From the NCBI GenBank assembly GCA_043228905.1, contig JBHGNT010000021.1:5890001-5954000 (forward strand): a stretch of 64,000 bases of DNA, in the 5' to 3' direction. Positions 1-13,837 of this stretch are shown here, in pieces (position 1 is the first letter of the stretch; every line of letters begins with the position of its first letter). Position numbers and translations under genes: made by a program. The notes under the pieces were generated by a model. It saw only the letters and a list, made by a program, of their open reading frames with translations, was not told where the DNA came from and did not search any database. The DNA comes from Azolla caroliniana (Eukaryota > Plantae > Polypodiophyta).

Positions 1-299
1 AGGATTCTTGATGAGCCCCGAAGAGCAAAACAATGCTGATGTCGATCCATGAAGACAATCAAAAGAATAAGCATAAGAAGAAGAAGAAGCAATGTCGATA
101 ATCCATTATGATGATAAAAAACAAGCAAATGGTCATGAAAGGCTACGAGGAAAAAGAAGAAGCAATAGTGATACGCACCCATGAGAGAATATGAGGGAAA
201 AAGAAGAAGCAACGTTGATATCTCTATCCATAAAAAGAGCAACATTGATATTCGCCCATGAAAAGCTATGGGTAAAAGAAGCTATGGTGATATCCATCC

Positions 300-2648
300 A
301 TGAAGAACTCTCACTCCAGAGGGAGACTAGTGGTGAAAGACCCTAAGGAAATTCCTGCTTTAGTAGATTTAATAAAGACTTGTGCCGAGAAAAAGAATAT
401 ACATGAAGGAGAGAGGCTACATGCTCAAATTCGCGAAAAGGGCTTCCTTGAAAAGAGTCCACATCTATTTACCTCTTTAATTGACATGTATGCTAAATTG
501 GGCATTCTTGGAAAAGCACAAGAAGTGCACGATGAACTCCCAATTCGGGATTTAGACACTTGGAATGCTCTCATTAGAGGGTATTCCCAACAAGGGCGAG
601 GTTATGAAGCATGGAATTGTTTCCTAGGTATGCAGATTGAGGGTCTATCTCCAGATGTGGTCACTTTTATTTGCCTTTTTAAGGCTTGTGGAAGTATAGG
701 GAATGTTGACAAAGGGAAGCTAATACACGAGGAGATTCTTAGAAGGGGCTTATTGGAGAAACATATTGCATTAGGAAATGCTTTGGTGGATATGTATGCA
801 AAATGTGGTATGCTTGAAAAAGCCTTGCACATGGTTAATGAGCTTCCTTCTCGAACTATAGCCTCCTGGAATACATTAATTTCAGCATATACCCAACAGG
901 GACAAGCCTATGAAGCATTGAATTGTTTTAAGAGGATGGAAAGGGATGGTCTCTTTCCTAATGCAATCACTTTTGTGTGTACCTTGAAAGCTTGTGGGAG
1001 CATAGGAGCTATTGGAAAGGGAAAAGAAATCCACGGTGAGATTATTAGAAGGAGACTTTTAGAGAATAACATTGTTCTTGGGAATGCTTTGGTGGATATG
1101 TATGCCAAATGTGGTGTTCTAGCCAAAGCACAAGAAGTTCTGGATGGTCTTCTGATACGCAATACAGTTTCTTGGTCTTCTCTAATTGCAGGCTATTCTC
1201 AACAAGGACAAGATCATGAAGCATTGAATTGTTTTGAACGGATGCAAAGTGAGGGCCATTACGGAGACGAGGTCACTTTTGTAAGTATATTGAAGGTATG
1301 TGCAACTTCAAGATATATTGAGAAAGGGAAACAAATTCATGATGAGATTGTCGCCAGAGGTTTGCCAACAAAAAACATTACGCTTGGGAATGCATTAGTG
1401 GATATGTATGCCAAATGTGGTATGATGACAAAAGCACAAGAATTGCATGGGAAGCTTTATGTTAAAAATGTAGTGTCTTGGAACTCACTAATTGCAGGGT
1501 ATGCTGAACAGGGACAAGGCCATGAAGCAATAAAATGTTTTGAACAGATGCAAAGAGAGGGTTTCTCTCCAGATGTAATCACTTTTGTTTGCACTTTGAA
1601 AGCATGCGGGAGGGTAGGGGATGTTGAAAAAGGAAAACAAGTTCATGAAGAGATCATTAAAAAAAAGTTGCTAGAGAATAATATTGTTCTTGGCACTGCA
1701 TTGGTGGATATGTATGTGAAATGTGGTGTGCTTGCAAAAGCACAAGATGTTCTTGGGAGGCTTTCTGCTCGAAATGAGGTCTGCTGGTCAGCAGTAATTG
1801 CTGGATATATCCAACAAGGGTTATGCCATGAAGCGATAAATTGTTTTGAATGGATGCAAAAAGAGGGCTTCTCACCAAATGCTGTTACTTTGATTTGCAT
1901 TCTGAAAGCATGTGGCAACGTAGGAGCTATTGTTAAAGGTAAACTGATCCACAATGTGATTATTAGTAGTGGTTTGTTAGAGAAAGACATTGCTATTGGC
2001 ACGGCTTTGGTGGATATGTATGCAAGATGTGGTATGATTGCACAAGCAAGAGAAGTGCTTGAAGAGATTCCTGTTCGAAACATAGTTTCTTGGTCTGCAT
2101 TAATTGCCGGTTATGCTCAACACGGGCAAGTATATGAGGCAATGGATTGTTTTGAATGGATGCAATGTGAAGGCTTTTTGCCAAATGATGTAACCTTCTT
2201 ATGTTTGCTGAACGCATGTAGTCAATCAGGACGATTGAAAGAGGCTCAAATATATTTTGACAATATGAGAAAAAGATATGGCATTACACCCAACTTAGAG
2301 CACCATACTTGCATGGTGGTGCTACTTGGATATGCTGGGCATTTTAATGAGGCAGTGGCGTTGATAGAGACAATGCCATCATTTGATCATGTTGTGGTTT
2401 GGCTTGCACTTTTGGGTGCTTGTAGAAAATGGGGAAATCAAAAGCTTTCAAGATTGGCTTTTGATCAAATTATCCAATTAGATAGTAAATGTGGTGCAGC
2501 TTATGCCCTTATGTCTAATGTTTATGCAGATGCTGGCATGAAGGAAGATGCTGAAAAAGTGGAAGCCATGAGCGTGAAAAATGCTGATTGGAGAAAGCAA
2601 GGAGATAGTAACGTTTATGTTCATAAATTGCTTTTATGGGACTGTTGA
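300..2648 (+). CDS. PLS-class pentatricopeptide repeat protein (E subgroup, no DYW seen); putative organellar RNA-editing factor
   Basis: Intronless 782-aa ORF with about 6 P-L-S triplets (GNALVDMYAKCG / VSWNSLIAGYAQQG / TFVCTLKACG), then P2-L2-S2 (PNLEHHTCMV) and E motif (WLALLGACRKWGN...AAYALMSNVYA). Confidence 0.93.
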   Translation: MKNSHSRGRLVVKDPKEIPALVDLIKTCAEKKNIHEGERLHAQIREKGFLEKSPHLFTSLIDMYAKLGILGKAQEVHDELPIRDLDTWNALIRGYSQQGRGYEAWNCFLGMQIEGLSPDVVTFICLFKACGSIGNVDKGKLIHEEILRRGLLEKHIALGNALVDMYAKCGMLEKALHMVNELPSRTIASWNTLISAYTQQGQAYEALNCFKRMERDGLFPNAITFVCTLKACGSIGAIGKGKEIHGEIIRRRLLENNIVLGNALVDMYAKCGVLAKAQEVLDGLLIRNTVSWSSLIAGYSQQGQDHEALNCFERMQSEGHYGDEVTFVSILKVCATSRYIEKGKQIHDEIVARGLPTKNITLGNALVDMYAKCGMMTKAQELHGKLYVKNVVSWNSLIAGYAEQGQGHEAIKCFEQMQREGFSPDVITFVCTLKACGRVGDVEKGKQVHEEIIKKKLLENNIVLGTALVDMYVKCGVLAKAQDVLGRLSARNEVCWSAVIAGYIQQGLCHEAINCFEWMQKEGFSPNAVTLICILKACGNVGAIVKGKLIHNVIISSGLLEKDIAIGTALVDMYARCGMIAQAREVLEEIPVRNIVSWSALIAGYAQHGQVYEAMDCFEWMQCEGFLPNDVTFLCLLNACSQSGRLKEAQIYFDNMRKRYGITPNLEHHTCMVVLLGYAGHFNEAVALIETMPSFDHVVVWLALLGACRKWGNQKLSRLAFDQIIQLDSKCGAAYALMSNVYADAGMKEDAEKVEAMSVKNADWRKQGDSNVYVHKLLLWDC

Positions 2649-4432
2649 TGGTGATAAAATTGCACTATTCAACTTGACATTGAAATGTTTCACGGGTTCA
2701 TATTGGAAAGCTGGCTAGCTTAATCATCAAATGAAAAGAGTACGTGCGGAACAAATGTAAATTCTATGACAAAATCTACCATTAATGATATACAAAACAT
2801 GGAATTGGTTTTACAATATGCAATTCCAATGCCCTCTTATATCAAGGAAACCTTTCCTCCTGACAGTGGAAGGAGACTTGTTGGAGGTTTGAGTTCCAGA
2901 TTGTTGGGACAATATGTACATGTATGCCTGGCTTACAAAGGAACAGATTAGTTTTGAACATTCTGATCACAACGTGTGGGTAAGAAATATCACCAGCAAT
3001 GTGAAATGAATGAATATGCAAAGGCTCTTGAAGAAGCAAATGGTTGCATATTTATTAGGCACTAATGGAACACCATAAGCAAGCTAAGGTAGACAGCATC
3101 AAAGAATATAAATAAAGAAAAGGGCGAAACAAGACAAAGGCAAGGCAAATTTGGGGCCAAGTTCGGCGAGTTTTGCTAGTGGAATACATTATGCTATCTC
3201 TTGAGTCTTGACAAAAATACTAGTGCATGAACAAAACTGAAATAATAGTAAGATAAAACCAATCATTAAAAGGAGGTATTATTTCTCACCTTCTTCCCAT
3301 CATCCAGAATGCCAGATTTCTATCAATGATACCTTTCCAACCTCTGAGAAGATATCCTGAGCATTTTACCTCTGATTTTTCATATGCATGGCTTACATGG
3401 ACTAATCTTCCATTGTCCAGAGTTTGTTTATATTTTGAAGCCATTTGAGATCATTTCTCAGAATTGCAGTAGTTGAATTATGTGCTCCCTACCAATTACA
3501 TTTGGGGAAAAATACCAAGATACCCACCAATAACTTGTTGGGTATTTACCAAAATACCTCTCAGTTTTAAAAAATGACCACAATACCACTATGTAGTAAT
3601 AAGATTTGTACTCTTTTCCCCTTGAATTTAATCAAAGATTTTTTGATGATGGGAAGAATGAAATAACCGTTTAGACTTAGAAAAGATTTGTTGATTTCAT
3701 TCTTTTCTAAAGTCTAAACAGTTTTCTCTAGCATAATGGATTTCATTTATCACTTCTAACACATGATTTTGTGTTATACTGTTTGTCATGACCTAAAGAG
3801 TTATTGGGTTATTCCAAGATGTCTCTAGGTGTGTGGGCAAGAGATGGATATACACCATAGCACTATATACAACCATGCCCTATGGTTGGGAGGATAAGCA
3901 TTTATTCCAAGATGTCTCTTCTTATTCTGAGAGGGAGAACACAAAGAGAGAAAGAGAGAGAGCACGACTAGGTTGTGACACTATCACATTTAGAATCCGC
4001 AATCTTCAATTACAGGAATTTGAGCTTCACTTTTTGAGGCTTGTTGACAAGGGGCACATACTTTTTGCAATCTTTGATTGAAAAGTCCAGAAATGTCTGT
4101 TAAATTTGTTATATCATTGTTTAACATCTGCTTTTAGAAATGCCTCTTCACAAATCTAAAATGAATCCTTTGAAATCTTGTGAACACAAGCAATGTGAAT
4201 ACCAATGTGATATAGTACAAATCTCATAGGGACATATAAAACATAAAGACTTGTGTACATCTCCAACCAGATCCATAGCTTGTTTGTTTTTATTGAGATT
4301 TAAGTAATGTTATAGCATGCTGATTCATGGATAAAGGTGTTATCTTATTTTTACATAATGCACATTCTAATTTACATCAGTATCATATCAGAAGACATAA
4401 TCATGATATCTTCTTGTGAGGTGGTCCTGGTA

Positions 4433-6373
4433 TTAATTATCTTCCTGTATATGCATATCTTGGGTTTGATAACGTATGATATCTCCAGTAGAAAATGGAT
4501 AAACATTTCCATTTGAATCAATCCATGTACTATTCACTAGGCTCTTGCAAAGAGCCAATTTATTTCTCATGGTGTCAACCTTTTGTGCATCCTCCTGCAA
4601 GCCAGCAGCTATATAAATGCTAGCCATAAGGACATAGACTGCAGCACAAGTATTATCTAGTTGTACAGTCTGATCAAAAGCCAATCTTCCAAGCTTCACA
4701 TTTCCCCATTTCTTACAAGCAGCCAATAAAGCAACCCAAACTGGGTGGCAGTCGAAAGATTCCATTGTCTTAATCACTGAGATTGCTTTATCGAATTGAC
4801 CAGAACACCCAAAAATCATGACCATGCAAGTATGGTGTTCAATACTTGGTGAAATGCCATATTTATTGCTCATACTTAGATAATATGTTTCAGCCTCATC
4901 CATTAGTCCTGCATGGCTACATGCATTAAGCACACACAGAAAAGTCACTGAATTGGGTGAGAGGCCATCCCTTTCCATCCTTTCCAGACACTTCAATGCT
5001 TCATAACCTTGACTGTGTTGTGCATACCCTGCTATTAGGGCAGACCAAGAGACCACATTTCTAACAGGAAGATCTTCAAGCACTTCTTGTGCTTTTGCAA
5101 GTGCACCACATTTGGCATACATGTCCACCAAAGCAGTGCCGAGCACGATGTTATTTGCTATCAAACCTCGATTTACAATCTCATTGTGAAACTTCTTACC
5201 TTTATCAATAGCTCCAATGTGTCCACATGCTTTCAAGATACAAACAAAGGTAATCTCATCTGGGAAGAAGTTCTCACTTTGCATACGTTCAAAACAGTTC
5301 AATGCTTTGTGACCTTGCCCCCCTTCTACATACCCTGCAATAAGCACTGACCAAGAAACTTTATTTCGAAGTGGTAGCTCTTCAAGAACTTTATGCGCTA
5401 TTGCAATATCACCACATTTGACATACATATCTACCAAAGTGGTGCCAAGCATGATATTGTTCTTCAACAAACCCCTACTTATAACCTCATCATGAATATG
5501 TTTGCCTCTATCTATAGCTCTAATGGCACCACAAGACTTCAAGATGCAAACAAAGGTGATTGCATCTGGAGAAAATCCTTGGTTTCTCATATGTTCGAGA
5601 CAGTTCAGAGCTTCATAACCTTGTCCTTGTTGTGCATATCCTGATATAAGTGCATTCCATGAGACTACATTTCGAACACGAAGTTCATCATGAACTTCTT
5701 GTGCTTTTGCAAGCATACCACATTTGGCATACATGTCCACCAAAGCATTTCCAAGGACAATATCATTATCTAGCAAACAAGACGTCACAATCTTATCATG
5801 AATTGCCATGCCTTTGTCAATAGCTCGTATGCTACCACAAGCTTTCAAGATGCAAGAAAAGGTGATTGCATTTGGTGTGAGACCTTCCCTTTGCATTTGT
5901 TCGAAAAAGTTCAGCGCTTCATGGCTTTTTCCTTGTTGGGCATATCCTACAATAAGTGAAGACCAAGACACCACATTCCGAATTGGAAGCTTATCATGCA
6001 CTTGGTGTGCTTTGGCAAGCATACCACATTTAGCATACATATCAACCAAGGCATTTCCAAGCACAACATTGTCATGTAACAAGCCCTTATTAATTATATC
6101 ATTGTGAATTTCCTTCCCTTTGTTGATAGCCCTTAAGATCCCACATGCCTTTATTATATACACCAATGTAGCTACATCAGGAGAGGCACCATCATTTTGC
6201 ATTTGTTCAAAACAATTCAATGCTTCATAAGCTCTTCCTTCCTGGGCGTACCCAGTTATAAGTGATGACCAAGTTGCTAGATTTCTGAAGAGAATCTCAT
6301 GTAAGGCTTGTTGAGGTTTTTCAAGCATACCACTTTTTCCATACATGGTGATCATACCGTTGTCTAATTTCAA
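4433..6373 (-). CDS. PLS-class PPR protein (E/E+ subgroup); 5' end uncertain, possibly frameshifted
   Basis: 646-aa ORF with the same PLS triplets, E motif (WVALLAACKKWGN) and E+-like tail (STWIDSNGNVYPFSTGD). The track start is a TTG, and PPR-like sequence continues upstream in another frame. Confidence 0.88.
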   Translation of the reverse strand: MKLDNGMITMYGKSGMLEKPQQALHEILFRNLATWSSLITGYAQEGRAYEALNCFEQMQNDGASPDVATLVYIIKACGILRAINKGKEIHNDIINKGLLHDNVVLGNALVDMYAKCGMLAKAHQVHDKLPIRNVVSWSSLIVGYAQQGKSHEALNFFEQMQREGLTPNAITFSCILKACGSIRAIDKGMAIHDKIVTSCLLDNDIVLGNALVDMYAKCGMLAKAQEVHDELRVRNVVSWNALISGYAQQGQGYEALNCLEHMRNQGFSPDAITFVCILKSCGAIRAIDRGKHIHDEVISRGLLKNNIMLGTTLVDMYVKCGDIAIAHKVLEELPLRNKVSWSVLIAGYVEGGQGHKALNCFERMQSENFFPDEITFVCILKACGHIGAIDKGKKFHNEIVNRGLIANNIVLGTALVDMYAKCGALAKAQEVLEDLPVRNVVSWSALIAGYAQHSQGYEALKCLERMERDGLSPNSVTFLCVLNACSHAGLMDEAETYYLSMSNKYGISPSIEHHTCMVMIFGCSGQFDKAISVIKTMESFDCHPVWVALLAACKKWGNVKLGRLAFDQTVQLDNTCAAVYVLMASIYIAAGLQEDAQKVDTMRNKLALCKSLVNSTWIDSNGNVYPFSTGDIIRYQTQDMHIQEDN

Positions 6374-6733
6374 ATCCCCCCCCTCTTTATAATTTCACCA
6401 TGTATTACAATACCTCTACCGATTTCCTTTTGTGGTGAACAAGTTCTAAACAAACGCTAAAAAAAGAAGCATACTCTCTTTTTCTTTTTCCACATGCATT
6501 TGTGATATCTTTGCTTTATGTTTTTTACGCAGAACACTCCATGGATTCACATTACTATTCTCAACAAGATCAATCCTTGGAGGTTTTCCTGCGTGATGAT
6601 GTGTGCTGGGTCTAAAATGGGTCACTTCTTCCATGGAGAAACCATTGAATTTCCAATGGCTTTGTGTGAAAACAGAAGAATCCAGAGATTTTGGGTTTAA
6701 AGTTTACTTCGAGCCTTTAATCCATCAGGACTG

Positions 6734-7150
6734 CTCTAAACATAACAAACTCCATAATTAAAACCTTCATCACTACAAATGTAAGGAACCATTTGTGTAT
6801 ATAGATCTAAAATATGATGAAATTCTGTAATTAACCCCACCTTTAACTCTAAACATAACAAATAAATTAACCGTCACTACAAATGTAAGGAACCATTTGT
6901 GTATATAGATCTAAAATATGATGAAATTCTGTAAATAACCCCACCTTTAACTCTAAACATAACAAATAAATTACCCTTCACTACAAATGTAAGGAACCAT
7001 TTGTCTATATAGATCTAAAATATGATGAAATTCTATAAATAACCCCACCTGTAACTCTAAACATAACAAATGAATTAACCTTCACTACAAATGTAAGGAA
7101 CCATTTGTCTAAATAGATCTAAAATATGATGAAATTTTGTAAATAACTCT
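6734..7150. repeat. Minisatellite, about 4 copies of a 104-bp unit
   Basis: Units start at 6734, 6847, 6951 and 7055 (ctctaaacataacaaa...cactacaaatgtaaggaaccatttg...gatctaaaatatgatgaaatt). Confidence 0.95.
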
Positions 7151-7295
7151 ATCACAAGGCTTAAGCCTTGAATGGATTCTTATGTACTACAAGTAAAAAT
7201 GTGCAATGTGTGGAGTTGTATGTTGGTAAATATATGTGTCTTCATGTACACATATTGTGTATGTGCACGCACAAACACATGTGTGTATGTGTGGC

Positions 7296-7297
<2 letters not shown>

Positions 7298-7326
<29 letters not shown>
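7298..7326. repeat. (TG)n microsatellite in a TG-rich low-complexity tract
   Basis: Direct reading. Confidence 0.95.
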
Positions 7327-7328
<2 letters not shown>

Positions 7329-8652
7329 ATGTATGTGCATGTGTGAGTGTTTCTGTGTTTGTGTCTTAGAGAGTGCAAACATCCAAATTACATTTATGGT
7401 GGGCCAGACTCTTGTAAGGAGACCAGGCCAGTACCACGTACGACTTGAAGCCCATAACAATAGTATGGGATGGATGCCGTTCACAACTCAGGTCTGACTC
7501 GATCCCTTTGGATGAGGGTGGCCTGTTGTTGGATCAACTCCCTTCTTTCTCTCACTGTCACTTTAATTCCTAATATGTTTCACGACGTGATCCTACTATA
7601 GACACATATTGTAATGGAAGCTATCATTCACGTCTAGATTATGGCGTCAAGAACTCCGAAGGACTACCTGGGGTCCTTCAACATGACAAAAAGCTTTGGT
7701 TTCATAGAAAATGTTAGGTTACTCACAATATAATAGAACTTGTTGTCGTTAAAGGAAATTCCTTTGGAGGTTCTTACTTGGACAGTCTATGTGTAGGAGT
7801 ATTATGGCAATTGTATGTGTGATACATGGATGTGTTATGGAGCGTAAACTATATATCCAATATATTCAATCACGACATTGTTCTTATATTTGCTACAAGA
7901 GTAAAGATTTGTCGAGGTTTTTATGTGTTAGATCAAGGGCTTATATATTCGCACAGCCAACAATGATCACAAAAAGGCACCGCCATGTCAACGCCTTGTC
8001 AATAAGAGGCGCTCAATGCCATATAATCAATAATATCATGCCAACAACATTTTTAAGATGGTACATGACACAAATCTTGATGACTCGAAGGCAAAAGTAG
8101 AAAAGGTGGATACAAAACAAAACCACAAAAAAGGATAATTGATTGTTTGAAAGCCACAAGATTTATAGAAATGATTGAAAATCGTCAAAAATAGAACCAA
8201 ACACGTACTCATCCAAGTTGAATAAAATGCCTTCTCCTATCAAGAAAAGTCTTGGATGTTGATGTCAATTGACACTTCCTCTACTTGCTTCAAATATGTC
8301 ACTCTTCCACAATGGCTCGATTGGCACAACATATGCTTGTTCTTGATCACTAGTTCGTCTTACTAAAGCCTTCAAAAGGTATTCTATAAGTCATAAAGAA
8401 TATTTTAGAACTTCATGACCAACAACCTCTTGCCTTTTCAAGCGTGCATTGCACCCAAGCTGATGATATTGAACATATCCATATTGCACATAAATTTGAT
8501 AGAAAATCCTAAATACATCCTTGATCATTTTGAACCTTGGAAAAATGTTGATTGATCTGTTGATAAGATTGTCATTGCCACATGTATGTGATACGAACAT
8601 GAAAGACTAATGTTTCATATCCCATAGAGTTATCCATAGACAAAGTACTCAT

Positions 8653-9018
8653 TACCTCGTATGTTATCCGACTAGTTTTTGTTGTTTGGTTGCACATCAT
8701 GGCCTCACCAAGTCTTAAATGATTTCGTTTGAGTGGACAAAGAACTCGAATTTGTAGATGTTTCTCAACCAACCAGACTATGTTTGACACTTGAACTAAC
8801 TTTCATGCTTTCAACTATGTCAACCTTTACATTCTTATACCTCATATGTTATCCGACTAGTTTTTGTTTGGTTGCACATCATGGCCTCACCAAGTCTTAA
8901 ATGATTTCGTTTGAGTGGACAAAGAACTCGAATTTGTAGATGTTTCTCAACCAACCATACTATGTTTGACACTGTAACTAACTTTCATGCTTTCAACTAT
9001 GTCAACCTTACATTCTTA
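8653..9018. repeat. Tandem duplication, 2 x ~185 bp
   Basis: tacctc(g/a)tatgttatccgactag...caacctt(t)acattctta starts at 8653 and again at 8838; the copies are near-identical. Confidence 0.93.
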
Positions 9019-10203
9019 TTATATCTAAAAAGATGCAGAAAAGACAAGTATATGGTGACCTATTGGGTGACCTTTATTGTGGGCTCTCAATTTACACTGA
9101 GCTTCCCACAAATGGTATAATGCATAGCAAAAAAAGAAAGTGAGAGGTTCATGTGTCAATTATGTTGTGCACCTCGTGACATTGATGTTTTAGTGTATCC
9201 TATGATGTCAATGGTTTAGTGCACCTTGAGCTATCCACGACTCATTAATGAAATATATGATAGGCTGCTCCTTAAATAAGTTGTCTAGGCATTGGACAAC
9301 CACGTATGGAGGCTCCTTAAATGATAGGCTGCTCCTTATAGAATACAATTGGTTAAAAAAAATTGGTCTTTAAATATTAGGTCAACATTCACACAAATAT
9401 TAACCACCTAATTCCCTCACATGTTATGGTTTGTGTTAGTACATATATGTATATTATATGATCTCAATAAATGAGGAGGCTTATGGTCTTCTTTCATTTG
9501 ACATGATTTTCAATGATCCTTAAGCAATAATTACAATGACATCCAATGATTCTTAATTCTAGTCGTGAAATGCTTTTGTTTGATTGGTTGATCAATAGAG
9601 CACATCCCCTCTAGTTCAAGACTTTCATCCATGTAAGTTTGCAACCATGAAAGTCTTCGTATATAATACCTCTTGTATTATATCAATCATGAAACATATT
9701 ACTTGTACGTGTCTATCTAGTTGGGGCTTGGTATATGCTTCCATACGTGGTTGTCCACTTTACCTCAGATGTAGGTCTACCATTATATGATTGCATATAG
9801 GTGATATTCAAATATGCTTGTGCTAACATCAATATGATTCAAAGTCGTGAAGTGCTTTATGTTGTGTCAATAAACTGGTAGAGTGCACCCCCCTCTAACT
9901 AAAAGGCATTTCATCCATTTAACCATGATCCAAAGTCTGCGTAGAAAATACTACTTTTATTTTATCAACTATGAAATATTTTCTTCGTACTTGTCTAAAA
10001 TTTAGGTCCACCTTTATATCATTGGCAATAAGTTAAAACCATTGTATTATGAAAAATTATATATAGCTTTCTCTGTCTCATCATTTGAACCTTTTAAGCT
10101 ATGTATAAAGCAAATTTGTGTTGAAAAGGTTCAAATTATAAGGTGCAAATTTATGTAATATGCATGGGCATGCGTATAACAAATTCATCACATGTCATGG
10201 GAA

Positions 10204-11777
<1,574 letters not shown>

Positions 11778-11905
11778 GTTAGTATATTAAATTGGAGTAG
11801 CGTTGATTGATGGTAGATGATAATAAATATTGAGCTTATGTTATGAACTTATGTCTAAGACTTTAATTGTAATTGACGTGTTCTTCATGGAATGAGCCCT
11901 CATCC

Positions 11906-11914
11906 TTTTTATAG
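11906..11914 (-). promoter_or_regulatory. Probable TATA box of the peroxidase gene
   Basis: CTATAAAAA on the minus strand about 130 bp upstream of the ATG. Confidence 0.55.
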
Positions 11915-11963
11915 CAAAATTGACTTCACTGTTTCTTCCTCATAATGAAGGGGTCCTTTCAAA

Positions 11964-11964
11964 T

Positions 11965-12022
<58 letters not shown>
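11964..12022. repeat. (CT)n(CA)n compound microsatellite
   Basis: Direct reading. Confidence 0.95.
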
Positions 12023-12029
<7 letters not shown>

Positions 12030-13837
12030 ATGGTGGAAGCCATGGCCCATCCTCACCATGATGGCATCATGAAACTACTTATTTTAATTGGGCTTAAGCC
12101 TAACTTTTGACCATGACCAATTTGTCTCCACCATCACATAGCTAATTTACCACTAATAACATAACACTTTGTTGTGTTTTTTAAAATAATTCTCCTTAGT
12201 GCCCATCAAACTCCACTCGATCTATGATCCACATAATTCAATGCAAATATTTTACAAGTGGTGACATATTATGCATGTGAAATAATTAGGGAACATACTG
12301 TCCACCATCAAAACAAAGATAAAGGTCGGTTGTGGCTTGAATAACTTTAAGATTCTCCAACTTTTTACCCTACTCTTTTTGACTCACTCTTAATCATTCT
12401 TCCCATGTAGAGTCTAGTGACATGTTTTTCACTAGTGACTAATCTCTTATAGGTCAAGGTCAACTCCACTCATGAGAGTAGAAACAAAAAGCTTCTTTCA
12501 TGGAAAAGTTAGCATATTCTTGAGCTTATAAAATATAAATTGAATTTTGTTACACACACAAAGGGCTACACCTTGGGCCCAAACCACACTAGAGATTCCA
12601 TTTCCATAAACGGCCCACATATACAATAAAAACATCATATTTTACGCAATTAATATTCATAACCTCAAAGTTAACTATTTTCATTTGTGTTTCAAATAGT
12701 TATCGCAAACATATCATGACTTTTTTTAAGACTGCCCAATGGTAGTTTCATCAAGTGTTAGTAATATTACTTAAGTGAAAAACAAGTATTCCTATCAACG
12801 TATATATTTGAAGGTCACAAAAACCCTTTAAAGATAGGGGTTTTACCCTTCTCCCAAAGTTTGATTTCTTCAGAACTATACAAATGAGAATCTACCCATG
12901 AACTTGCCATTAAACATAAGAAGTGTAGCCTACACACTAACATTCAAATGCTTTCCATATGTTACATGTTGCTTATTTCATGTCAAAAAGTATAAAACAG
13001 TAAGCATAAAAAATAACTAAATAATTGTAATCGTGATAGAATCCCAAAATGAAGTTACTAAATGCTCAATCTTTTGTGTAGAGAATGAGTGTTTTTAGTG
13101 TTTTGAACTTACGTGTAAGTTTTGAGTAATGCAATTGAGAATTCCACATCAGAAACATGAATGAAATCTCTAAGCTAAGCTATTTGAAGATAACAATAAG
13201 CTTCTATTATCCTTGTTTTTCGTGTTCTTGTGTACATTCATTCTTGTAATCATTTAAGAACATGTGTCTTGTTCTTCCGCTTCTTTTGCTATTGACTAGT
13301 TCTCCTATGTAATGATTGTTCATTATGTCCTCTCTTACTTTCTCTATCCTTCAATTCTCACTCTAACTTGTCATTGCACGTGTTTTAATATGGCAAGAAC
13401 GAGGTCAACATATTAGTTCCAAATTTGGCATTGACAAATTCCAAACCATTCAACATTTGCGGCTTACCTATCTTCAAGTAGTCAAACTATTCATAGACAT
13501 TCCACTATCCCTGAACCCCACAATCAATAGAGGAATAGAATATTTGTTTGTCCAATATTTATAACTTTATTTGCCTTTCCTTATCTTCAAATTGCTCCAC
13601 CTTCCTTTGCAAATAAGCTACACATATAAAATATTTGTTTGCCCCATATATACATTATATAAGTAGTGATTATACATTATTTCTACTCTCTTGTATAATG
13701 AAGTTTTTCATTTGAAATATACCTTGATCAATCATGAAATTACAATGTTTGAGCTTGTGATGCCAAGTTTATGAACATATGAGCTTACTCATTTATCTTC
13801 CATATATATGTTCAAATAACATGCATATTGTTTTTAA

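Noticed and set aside
3500-3600. Possible DNA-transposon terminal inverted repeat
   Set aside because: No matching partner end or TSD could be identified.
2649-4432. Possible DYW deaminase remnants downstream of either PPR gene
   Set aside because: No HxE(x)nCxxC or terminal DYW-like motif was recognisable by eye in any frame.
7168-7497. Cys/Val- and His/Thr-rich ORFs (also 62843-63465)
   Set aside because: Translations of (TG)n, (CA)n and (AG)n microsatellites.
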